The position numbers and the translations under genes are program-made. 64,000 nt of DNA from the sequence record OM386661.1; one strand, 5' to 3'. How positions within the stretch are numbered: the stretch's first letter is position 1; each line of letters opens with the position of its first letter. Below are positions 47,416-54,695 of this stretch, in pieces. The notes under the pieces were generated by a model. It made no database searches, was not told the DNA's origin, and saw only the letters and a list, made by a program, of their open reading frames with translations. This DNA is from Escherichia phage vB_EcoM_ESCO45.

Positions 47416-47578
47416 GAGTGATAAGTACACTCAAGAAGAATCACGGTATATCATCAAAGGTAACACAGGCAGTGATGTAGCAGCAGCACTTGAGTTCTAT
47501 CGTGACGGCTTTTACCAGTGCACAATCAAAGCTAACAACCTTATTGACATGATTTTATTAGGGAATAAGCAGCAATGA
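47309..47578 (+). CDS. o-spanin (outer-membrane lipoprotein spanin subunit)
   Basis: 89 aa; lipoprotein signal with lipobox ITMSGC; starts inside i-spanin gene in a different frame; RBS AAAGAGGT. Confidence 0.45.
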   Translation: MKKLSQSFIMFVLLITMSGCSTNKVSSTFKNSQVSESDKYTQEESRYIIKGNTGSDVAAALEFYRDGFYQCTIKANNLIDMILLGNKQQ

Positions 47579-47844
47579 CAGAGAATCAAGATACTTTCTA
47601 TGTAGAGGGTTACTTACTGTTACCACGACCAAAAGAAACTTATATGCGAATTGATTTCTCACCAACCATTATGGATAATGTGATGTGCCATATCTTTATG
47701 CAAGGTGTCACAGCACAGCTTAAGCATGTTGGTAAAGAGTGCAAAATAAAGGTTGACACTCATCCAGAAATCAAAGAAAATCACTACACATGGTTCTTAC
47801 CAGACTCTAAAGAAATCTTAGCAGTTCTTAAAACGAGGAAGTAA
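47575..47844 (+). CDS. hypothetical protein
   Basis: 89 aa ORF, ATGA overlap with upstream gene. Confidence 0.35.
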   Translation: MTENQDTFYVEGYLLLPRPKETYMRIDFSPTIMDNVMCHIFMQGVTAQLKHVGKECKIKVDTHPEIKENHYTWFLPDSKEILAVLKTRK

Positions 47845-47846
47845 CT

Positions 47847-48170
47847 ATGCAGATTAATGGAAGAGACTTTGTAGCCGTTTACTACGAGAAAGATAAAGAG
47901 GTTGGTGTAGCACAAGTAACTTATGGCAATGGTAAGTGGCTATATGGGACAATTGCAGTAGTCGGAACAAGAAGTGATACAAAAACCTTTAAAGATTGTG
48001 TTGACCTTCTTGAAGAATCCATCAAGAATCATTGGTGTCTGATATGGATGACTGCCAACGAAGTGATAGAACGTTTCAAAAAGATTGATATCAACATTGA
48101 CAGCATTGAGCATGTTGATTTATATGAACTAACCGAAAAGGTAAGCTATGAAAGCTCTAGAGGTAATTGA
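47847..48170 (+). CDS. hypothetical protein
   Basis: 107 aa ORF. Confidence 0.35.
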   Translation: MQINGRDFVAVYYEKDKEVGVAQVTYGNGKWLYGTIAVVGTRSDTKTFKDCVDLLEESIKNHWCLIWMTANEVIERFKKIDINIDSIEHVDLYELTEKVSYESSRGN

Positions 48171-48375
48171 TAAAGACACTGGAGAAGTCACGTCAGCATG
48201 TGTTTTCGTGAGTCACGACACAGTGATACCCTTTTACAGCCTTGACAGTTTTAGTTTTACAGGGACAACTCCAGAGGAATACTTTGAAGACCTCACCTTT
48301 GCCAGAATCTCTATAGACACATTCTATAAATGCTTCTATGATGAAGGTAAAGAGTTACGAGAAACCGAACTATAA
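48148..48375 (+). CDS. hypothetical protein
   Basis: 75 aa ORF. Confidence 0.3.
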   Translation: MKALEVIDKDTGEVTSACVFVSHDTVIPFYSLDSFSFTGTTPEEYFEDLTFARISIDTFYKCFYDEGKELRETEL

Positions 48376-48387
48376 GGTGTATATTAT

Positions 48388-48588
48388 ATGGCTGACTTCT
48401 GCAAAGACTGTTCTATCGAAATGTTTGGACGTGATACAGGTGACTTAAAAGGTCTTATCACTGAAGATGACTTTAAAGCTGGTTATGCAATGCCAGTAAT
48501 CTGTGAAGGCTGTGGGTGCATCTGGGTAGACCACGAAGGGCAACGTGTAAAGCCTTCAGAAGATAAAGAATCTTGGGAGAGGTGTTAA
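48388..48588 (+). CDS. small zinc-ribbon protein
   Basis: 66 aa; CKDC ... CEGCGC pairs. Confidence 0.35.
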   Translation: MADFCKDCSIEMFGRDTGDLKGLITEDDFKAGYAMPVICEGCGCIWVDHEGQRVKPSEDKESWERC

Positions 48589-49374
48589 ATGGGTATTGTA
48601 AAAATCATCAATGGTGATATCTTTGACGCCTTTGATAAAGGTAAGTTTGACATCATTGGTCACGGTTGCAACTGTATGAATTTAATGGGTGCAGGTATCG
48701 CTGACAAGATTTCTAAACTTTACCCAAAAGCATATGAGACCGATACAGAAGTTTACATCTATGCAGGTGGTACAGGTCACAAACCCTGTGAAAATTTACT
48801 GGGTAATTTCTCTGTAGCACGTTTAAAACAAGGTCGTATAGCTAACCTTTACACTCAGCTTAAGACTGGTAAAGACGCCCGATACAGTGCTTTAGAGTCA
48901 TCTTTGAAGCAACTTAACAGATACTGTGAAGTTAACCAGTTGAAGAAAGTTGGTTTACCTATGATTGGTGCAGGTATCGGTGGACTTGACCCTCAAGCTG
49001 TCACAGTTATCATCAATCAGGTTATGAAGAGCGTAGATGTTTATCTGTATGTCTACGAGACAGAGATGTGCAACAAGTTACACTCAGGTTGGAAAAACTA
49101 CTGTGAACCAGAATACTTTGCAGGTGTAGTTGTGTCCACAGATAATGCAGTTACCCTCTTCAGACGAAGAAAAGGTAAGATACATCAAAGTAACCCTCCG
49201 GTTGAAAAGATGTCTCTAAGTAACGCTCTAGTTACCCACCTGTCGAAGAGCAATCACAGAATTGCTGTGACATTTGGTAGTGATGCCGATGCTTACATTT
49301 ATGCAAGAACTGATGAGGATATCAAGACGGTTTTCTCTTCACCAGAAGTTACCTTCTTAGACGCAAAGAGCTAA
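48589..49374 (+). CDS. macro-domain-like (ADP-ribose binding/processing) protein
   Basis: 261 aa; N-terminal INGDIFDA...DIIGHGCNCMNLMGAGIADKI resembles macro-domain Gly-rich ADP-ribose binding loop; C-terminal ~100 aa extension of unknown function. Confidence 0.45.
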   Translation: MGIVKIINGDIFDAFDKGKFDIIGHGCNCMNLMGAGIADKISKLYPKAYETDTEVYIYAGGTGHKPCENLLGNFSVARLKQGRIANLYTQLKTGKDARYSALESSLKQLNRYCEVNQLKKVGLPMIGAGIGGLDPQAVTVIINQVMKSVDVYLYVYETEMCNKLHSGWKNYCEPEYFAGVVVSTDNAVTLFRRRKGKIHQSNPPVEKMSLSNALVTHLSKSNHRIAVTFGSDADAYIYARTDEDIKTVFSSPEVTFLDAKS

Positions 49375-49443
49375 GAAACTCTGTAGAATATTCACAATAG
49401 ACTAAGCCTTTCTTATCTGGTAAATTTTTCAGGTAAGGGGGCT

Positions 49444-49625
49444 TTTTCATTTCAGAATTGTGCAGGCATATTTCTATAGAGAAACCTGTAGAGAAAATCT
49501 TGAACTCCAAAGAGAAAATTCATTTTCAAACTGTGCAGGTAATCTCCAAAGAGCTTTTTCATTTTCAAAACGTGCAGAGAAAAATCAGGTCGGGCAAGAA
49601 AAATCATTTTAGAATTGTGCAGGTA
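49444..49625. repeat. iteron-like direct repeat array (4 copies of ~20-bp unit TTCATTTTCARAAYTGTGCAGG)
   Basis: Copies at ~49446, 49519, 49558, 49604; copies 2 and 3 are parts of a 39-bp tandem duplication beginning CTCCAAAGAG (49505-49543 / 49544-49582). Confidence 0.6.
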
Positions 49626-49801
49626 GGCGGGTCTAGGCGGGGATGTCGCCATTTCTCACAATGCTACCACATCCAAAAAGAAAAGTCAACAGAAAAATTT
49701 GTAGCGGATTGAAAAATAATTCTTGACTATAGTTCTGTTTTGTGGTATTCGCGTGCGCCCGTTTCATTACATTTTTGCCAAAAATATTTTTAAAATTTTT
49801 A

Positions 49802-49830
49802 TTGACTATTTGAACGGGGTTATCTAGTAT
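49802..49830 (+). promoter_or_regulatory. sigma70-like promoter upstream of small-gene cluster
   Basis: TTGACT-N17-TAGTAT; second candidate TTGACT at 49723. Confidence 0.5.
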
Positions 49831-49883
49831 TTGCATCAGACAGGGCGACAAGCCCAATAGCCTTAAACTAGGAGAATCTAAAA

Positions 49884-50090
49884 ATGCTATACGGTCGTGA
49901 ATTGATGGTCACAACTAACGTCAACACAAATGCAAAACGTTTTTACATGCAAATTTGCGGCGCATGGTCTAGAATATCAGAATCTGACTATTGCAATTAT
50001 GTAGAAACGGCTATAGACTCTAATTGCTACCTTACAAGAAACACAAGAAAGCACATAAGACAGACAGCAGTTTACTACTACGAAATCTAA
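49884..50090 (+). CDS. hypothetical small protein
   Basis: 68 aa; preceded by promoter 49802-49830 and conserved RBS context CTAGGAGA. Confidence 0.4.
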   Translation: MLYGRELMVTTNVNTNAKRFYMQICGAWSRISESDYCNYVETAIDSNCYLTRNTRKHIRQTAVYYYEI

Positions 50091-50092
50091 TA

Positions 50093-50178
50093 AAGTGCTT
50101 TACAAGGTGCTTATAGTTCGATAAAGTAAGCACCAGATAAAGAGCTTTATCACTAAACCTAAACTGGAGAACTTAAAA
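50093..50178 (+). promoter_or_regulatory. repeated promoter/stem-loop/RBS cassette, family A copy 1
   Basis: AAAGTGCTTTACAAGGTGCTTATAGTTCGATAAAGTAAGCACCAGATAAAGAGCTTTATCAC...GGAGA...ATG; contains TTTACA-N17-TAAAGT, hairpin GGTGCTTA/TAAGCACC and palindrome GATAAAGAGCTTTATC. Confidence 0.55.
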
Positions 50179-50559
50179 ATGGCATATCGTGCACCTAAAT
50201 TCATCAATAAAGAAAATTTCCGTAATGCACTGGAGAAGTCACTTGGTGAGAATTTTACAGGTCAGATTATTGTTGTTCACGCATACAATTTCAAGTATGA
50301 TATCAACGGGAACAGAATCAATCATTACACGGCAACAATGTTAGATGGCGCGCTTTCAAGTGAAAAAGCCGTACTAAATGCACTTGCAGGACGTGGTAAA
50401 AATCTGATAAGATGCGACAAAAGACGCTATCAGGGCGGCGCATATGGTTATGATGATGCTGTTTATCATCTTGAAAATATGGGCTATCAAGTAGAAAAAG
50501 CTGGAGTCTCTCAAATCATCGGGAGCGATGGCTATGTAACTATCTTCAAAAATAACTGA
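50179..50559 (+). CDS. hypothetical small protein
   Basis: 126 aa; preceded by family-A cassette. Confidence 0.45.
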   Translation: MAYRAPKFINKENFRNALEKSLGENFTGQIIVVHAYNFKYDINGNRINHYTATMLDGALSSEKAVLNALAGRGKNLIRCDKRRYQGGAYGYDDAVYHLENMGYQVEKAGVSQIIGSDGYVTIFKNN

Positions 50560-50561
50560 TA

Positions 50562-50647
50562 AAGTGCTTTACAAGGTGCTTATAGTTCGATATAGTAAGC
50601 ACCAGATAAAGAGCTTTATCACTAAACCCTAGACTGGAGATTCAAAA
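50562..50647 (+). promoter_or_regulatory. family A cassette copy 2
   Basis: Near-identical to copy 1 (one substitution ATAAAG to ATATAG). Confidence 0.55.
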
Positions 50648-51160
50648 ATGAAAACTATAGACGCAACCTTTGAAGTTGTAAAAGAAAAATTTTCAATCAT
50701 TTATGAAGCTGTTACTTGGTATGAACCAAGTCATGCCCTTGAAAATTGGGAGTTTACAGATGACCATCAAGGCGGTGTGACTATTAAAAATCCTAACTAT
50801 CGAGGCAATGAATTTAAATATGCAATCCCTTTACATTACAGCTTGAAACAGCTTTCAAGTGACTATGCAAAACAAGGCCGGGAAAATCCATCCCGTGAGG
50901 CTTACATGAGCTTACAGGAAGAGCTAAAAAGGGATTTAGAGGCTTCAGATTATTACCTATCTGCAAAAGTTGTAGACGCAAACGGGAAAACGGTTTTAGA
51001 TAGTTTTTCTATTGGTTACGCTTTCGATTGGAGCTATAGCGACGGCGTTGATTTAGAAGATAGACTAAAAGAGGAGGTGAGCAATTCAGGCGCAGAATCT
51101 GAAGTTATGGAACAACTAGAAGCCTTAAAAGATTCAGTGATGAATATCTTTAAAAATTAA
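50648..51160 (+). CDS. hypothetical small protein
   Basis: 170 aa; preceded by family-A cassette. Confidence 0.45.
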   Translation: MKTIDATFEVVKEKFSIIYEAVTWYEPSHALENWEFTDDHQGGVTIKNPNYRGNEFKYAIPLHYSLKQLSSDYAKQGRENPSREAYMSLQEELKRDLEASDYYLSAKVVDANGKTVLDSFSIGYAFDWSYSDGVDLEDRLKEEVSNSGAESEVMEQLEALKDSVMNIFKN

Positions 51161-51176
51161 ATTAAGAGGAAACACC

Positions 51177-51509
51177 ATGTTAATGATGGGAATCACTGCA
51201 ATCATCGCCATTATAGCACTTTATAAGGCTTACAGCGCCTATAATTTAGCAGATAAGGCAATTACACAACAGGTTAATAATAGCCTTGTAGAAAGCTTTC
51301 TGGAGCGTTTAAGCGATGAGCAAATAAAGAGGCTAGAGATGAGTTTCAGATTTAAAGCGAAAACTTATCAGATTAGTGACATTTTCAAAGATGACTATCA
51401 ACTGATTGATGATTATAACTCTCTACTAAATGCTTTGAATATCAGTGACTTAAAAGACTACTACGCTGTAATTGCTCAAGAAATGAGCAAACGAAAAAAT
51501 TTCTCTTGA
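51177..51509 (+). CDS. hypothetical membrane-anchored protein
   Basis: 110 aa; N-terminal TM MLMMGITAIIAIIALY. Confidence 0.4.
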   Translation: MLMMGITAIIAIIALYKAYSAYNLADKAITQQVNNSLVESFLERLSDEQIKRLEMSFRFKAKTYQISDIFKDDYQLIDDYNSLLNALNISDLKDYYAVIAQEMSKRKNFS

Positions 51510-51598
51510 ATTTGGTTTTTAAAACAAGTAAATTACTAATCAACGGGGAGGGCATGACCTCCCCACTAAATAAAACCCTTAAACTAGGAGATTCAAAA
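51510..51598 (+). promoter_or_regulatory. repeated promoter/stem-loop/RBS cassette, family B copy 1
   Basis: TTGAAT-N17-TAAATT then CAACGGGGAGGGCATGACCTCCCCACTAAATAAAACCCTTAAACTAGGAGATTCAAAAATG; hairpin GGGGAGG/CCTCCCC. Confidence 0.55.
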
Positions 51599-51871
51599 AT
51601 GTATACTACTAACAACGGGCGAACCCTAAATGTAACCCTACGCCACTATGTGAACGGCATAATGCACTTTGAGGATTTACAAGCGGAACAACATATTCTG
51701 GATTGGCAAGTAGCAGGACTGCAAAAAACTACTACCGGATATGGGAAAAAGATACCAACGAGCTGGAAAGTACACTATAAAGGACGTTTGCGCAGAATTT
51801 ATCAGGATGTATATAGCAATAGCGCATCAAGTTACATCATGGTGAAAGGTAAAAAGCTGCATTTAGTGTAA
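51599..51871 (+). CDS. hypothetical small protein
   Basis: Start moved to ATG 51599 after family-B cassette RBS; track ORF 51506 begins with TTG inside the repeat. Confidence 0.4.
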   Translation: MYTTNNGRTLNVTLRHYVNGIMHFEDLQAEQHILDWQVAGLQKTTTGYGKKIPTSWKVHYKGRLRRIYQDVYSNSASSYIMVKGKKLHLV

Positions 51872-51957
51872 AGTGCTTTACAAGGTGCTTACAGTTCGAT
51901 AAAGTAAGCACCAGATAAAGAGCTTTATCAAATAACCCTAAACTGGAGAACTTAAAA
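51871..51957 (+). promoter_or_regulatory. family A cassette copy 3
   Basis: Same module, CTTACAGTTCG variant. Confidence 0.55.
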
Positions 51958-52362
51958 ATGGCTATTAATAACCGTGAGTTATTAATCTTAAAAGCACGTT
52001 TGACCATTAATCGAATTAATGTGATGACATCAGCAGCACCAGATGAAACCTTATATAATATTATTGGGAAGATTCAAAGTGCTATCTTAGACGTTGAAAG
52101 CGTAAAAACCTCACTGATTGACGTTGCAGCGGGTATCACGCTAGACGGCGCACAATATGAAATGGCTGACATGTTGGGCAAATCTAAGGTAATGAATAAA
52201 GAACTTGATTTAAAAATATTCAGATTCGCCGTGAAAGTATGGTTATCCATCGAGTATGATGCCAATTATGCAATCGCTGATTTTTTCGCCACTTGGTTAC
52301 AACGTAATTTAACAAGTCATGTTTTTCGTGATGTATGTGATGCAATTTATGCAGAACTATAA
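51958..52362 (+). CDS. hypothetical small protein
   Basis: 134 aa; preceded by family-A cassette. Confidence 0.45.
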   Translation: MAINNRELLILKARLTINRINVMTSAAPDETLYNIIGKIQSAILDVESVKTSLIDVAAGITLDGAQYEMADMLGKSKVMNKELDLKIFRFAVKVWLSIEYDANYAIADFFATWLQRNLTSHVFRDVCDAIYAEL

Positions 52363-52368
52363 AAAAAT

Positions 52369-52464
52369 TTGTTGACACCGGTTTTTAAAACAAGTAAATT
52401 ACTAATCAACGGGGAGGGCATGACCTCCCCACTAAATAAAACCCTTAAACTAGGAGATTCAAAA
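52369..52464 (+). promoter_or_regulatory. family B cassette copy 2
   Basis: TTGACA-N17-TAAATT + GGGGAGGGCATGACCTCCCC hairpin + RBS. Confidence 0.55.
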
Positions 52465-52662
52465 ATGGCTATTATTAACGGTTTAAACATTGAGACTACT
52501 CACATCAAAGACATTAAAGCCGGTGATATAGTCCTTTCCCACGGCGTAGAAAAAACCGTCACCGAAAAAGATATCAAGGAGGATTCATTCATGGGTCGGA
52601 CCCTCTTTGGTGATTCCTATTGCTTAGGCTATCTTGCTGTTTTAAAAGTTGTAAAAAAATAA
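52465..52662 (+). CDS. hypothetical small protein
   Basis: 65 aa from ATG 52465 after family-B cassette; track start 52369 is TTG inside the repeat. Confidence 0.35.
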   Translation: MAIINGLNIETTHIKDIKAGDIVLSHGVEKTVTEKDIKEDSFMGRTLFGDSYCLGYLAVLKVVKK

Positions 52663-52667
52663 CTGAT

Positions 52668-52756
52668 AAAGTGCTTTACAAGGTGCTTATAGTTCGATAA
52701 AGTAAGCACCAGATAAAGAGCTTTATCACTCAATCCTTAAACTAGGAGATTCAAAA
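52668..52756 (+). promoter_or_regulatory. family A cassette copy 4
   Basis: Same module as copy 1. Confidence 0.55.
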
Positions 52757-53299
52757 ATGAAATGCTTTCACGGTACTACTCAAGAAAATTTTATCAACCT
52801 GATTAATAACGGCGATAAGCCATCAGGTGCATGGAATTGCTCGGACATGGACGGCAATTTTTACGTGTATCCAGAAAATAAAATCTATGGCGACGATGAG
52901 CAAGAAATAATATCTGAAGGTATCCATCAGGCGTTAGGCAATGCCGCTATAACCGCAGCTTTCCAGATGAAAACCCAAAATCTTGTTATCTTGGAACTCG
53001 ATATTCCAGAAGATGACCTAAATGATGATTATTCTTGCGATAATATGTCTGGCGCAGCAAGTTTTACAGAGTATTTTGATATAAGCTGGATTAAAAAAGT
53101 TTACATCACTGAATTTAATGCTATGTTTTCACCTTTTTGTCTTCCTTCACTGGATAACCCGAATTTAAACTATATTGAGGAGCCTCTTGAACTTCTCGCT
53201 AAAAGTATTCAGCAGGCGGACAGTATTCAGGTTTTTTGTGACATCATGGACACACTGACAGAAAACATTGTAGAAAGAGATTTAAAGAGCTTTTTCTAG
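52757..53299 (+). CDS. hypothetical acidic protein
   Basis: 180 aa; preceded by family-A cassette. Confidence 0.45.
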   Translation: MKCFHGTTQENFINLINNGDKPSGAWNCSDMDGNFYVYPENKIYGDDEQEIISEGIHQALGNAAITAAFQMKTQNLVILELDIPEDDLNDDYSCDNMSGAASFTEYFDISWIKKVYITEFNAMFSPFCLPSLDNPNLNYIEEPLELLAKSIQQADSIQVFCDIMDTLTENIVERDLKSFF

Positions 53300-53467
53300 A
53301 AACCTATACAATCACCTTATAAACACTATTTAGCACCTTGTAGGTGCTTCTAGAGTGCTTTAATTATGCTTACAACCGTTTACCTCATCCTTTCCACCTG
53401 TAATGGGGGGGGTATTTATGTGACTTTAAGATAAAATCATCATTAAAAAAGACTAGACAAGCCAGAT

Positions 53468-53548
53468 AAAAATCTGTAAATTATCAATCAACGGGGAGGG
53501 TATAACCTCCCCACTAAATAAAACCCTTAAACTAGGAGATTCAAAAAA
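53468..53548 (+). promoter_or_regulatory. family B cassette copy 3
   Basis: TAGACA-N17-TAAATT + GGGGAGGGTATAACCTCCCC hairpin + RBS. Confidence 0.5.
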
Positions 53549-53890
53549 ATGGCTTATGTAACCGTAGTTACCGATAAAGAGGATTCATCTTGGTCAACTC
53601 AAGTAAGTGACAAGATGACACCTATGCAGTGCCTAAAATACTTTGAGCAATGGAATAAAGGCGAGGATGTAAGTCCCTTCCAAGTAATGCAAATTATACA
53701 TGTGGACAATGAAGGCAATAAAACGGTTTTAAATAGTGAGTACTATGCAAACCGATTTGAAACGAGATGTAAAACGATGAAGCTTCTACGTGAATCCGGC
53801 TATTCTCATATCGCCGCGTTAATTTGGGATGACTTGCTAAAAAGTCAACGTATCAGCTACGTAAAACCTGAAAAAATATTTATAAGCTAA
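53549..53890 (+). CDS. hypothetical small protein
   Basis: 113 aa; preceded by family-B cassette. Confidence 0.45.
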   Translation: MAYVTVVTDKEDSSWSTQVSDKMTPMQCLKYFEQWNKGEDVSPFQVMQIIHVDNEGNKTVLNSEYYANRFETRCKTMKLLRESGYSHIAALIWDDLLKSQRISYVKPEKIFIS

Positions 53891-53923
53891 TCAATAACTT
53901 ACAAAAAACTTTCAAAAAAGTAT

Positions 53924-53952
53924 TGACAACGCCCCTTGACATTGATAATGTT
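53924..53952 (+). promoter_or_regulatory. sigma70-like promoter
   Basis: TTGACA-N17-TAATGT; second TTGACA 7 nt downstream. Confidence 0.4.
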
Positions 53953-54019
53953 GTTCGAGGGGGTTTATCTAAAAGGGATTAACTTAAAAGATTTCTTTAT
54001 AGATAAACTTAAAAAATTA

Positions 54020-54111
54020 CTTGCAATCAGATATCAAACCAAGTAAATTACTAACCAACGGGAGGGATGACCTCCCCACTACATAAAACCCTTAAACTAG
54101 GAGATTCAAAA
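54020..54111 (+). promoter_or_regulatory. family B cassette copy 4
   Basis: TTGCAA-N17-TAAATT + GGGAGGGATGACCTCCCC hairpin + RBS. Confidence 0.5.
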
Positions 54112-54642
54112 ATGAATAAATTCAAAGCTATCAATTATATTCGTTCAAATGCTGTAATGTCTAAACCTGTCAAAGATACATATGAATTTCGCTGCAATGG
54201 TGTACATTTTGCAACTATCACTAAATCAGGAAAAGGTGCTTATTATGTCCATCGTCGTAATGTTGCAACCGTTGTAGTCTCTCATTTCATGCAAGCTGTC
54301 GCAAAATTATTACCGTTATTCTTAGGGATTTACTTAGATGAGTGCAAAAACGTTCGCAACCACGTTAAAAACCTTCTAAACGGTTATAAAATGGCTTACG
54401 AACGTTCAATCAAGTCATTGAACAAATTTTATAAAGCACCTGTAAATACTGTTTCAATGGCTTACAATGTAAATGGTGAGCTGGTTAGTCTCTTTGAAGT
54501 GGAAGAAATTGAACTATATAACTCACGCCCTAAAGGTTACTCTAAAACATTGGGAGAGGGTTTATCTTTCAATATCAAGAATTTAGAAAAAACTTTAAAA
54601 GATATTGAAAAGGATATCGATGAGATAATCAAAAATCTGTAA
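54112..54642 (+). CDS. hypothetical protein
   Basis: 176 aa from ATG 54112 after family-B cassette (track start 54067 lies in the stem-loop). Confidence 0.45.
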   Translation: MNKFKAINYIRSNAVMSKPVKDTYEFRCNGVHFATITKSGKGAYYVHRRNVATVVVSHFMQAVAKLLPLFLGIYLDECKNVRNHVKNLLNGYKMAYERSIKSLNKFYKAPVNTVSMAYNVNGELVSLFEVEEIELYNSRPKGYSKTLGEGLSFNIKNLEKTLKDIEKDIDEIIKNL

Positions 54643-54695
54643 ATTGTCAATCAACGGGGAGGGTATGACCTCCCCACTAAATAAAACCCTATTGA
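54633..54695 (+). promoter_or_regulatory. orphan family B stem-loop copy (no downstream gene)
   Basis: TAAATTGTCAATCAACGGGGAGGGTATGACCTCCCCACTAAATAAAACCCT without following RBS/ATG. Confidence 0.5.

Noticed and set aside
49458-49712. ORF-track frames 49458-49712 (+), 49452-49652 (-) and 49633-49857 (-) as protein-coding genes
   Set aside because: They run through the iteron-like DNA repeats; the amino-acid repeats (HFQTVQV, HFQNVQ, HFRIVQV) simply mirror the DNA repeats, and there is no RBS.
50093-52756. Family-A cassette as a T4 MotA-dependent middle promoter (TGCTTTA box)
   Set aside because: A TGCTTTA box is present, but its spacing to the candidate -10 elements (9 or 19 nt) does not fit the ~12-14 nt expected, and no MotA/AsiA homologues were recognised in the window.
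51506-54111. N-terminal extensions of ORFs 51506, 52369 and 54067 (shared MxxVFKTSKLLINGEGMTSPLNKTLKLGDSKM peptide)
   Set aside because: The shared peptide is a translation of the family-B DNA cassette (with TTG starts in two cases); an internal ATG with the conserved RBS context is the likelier start.
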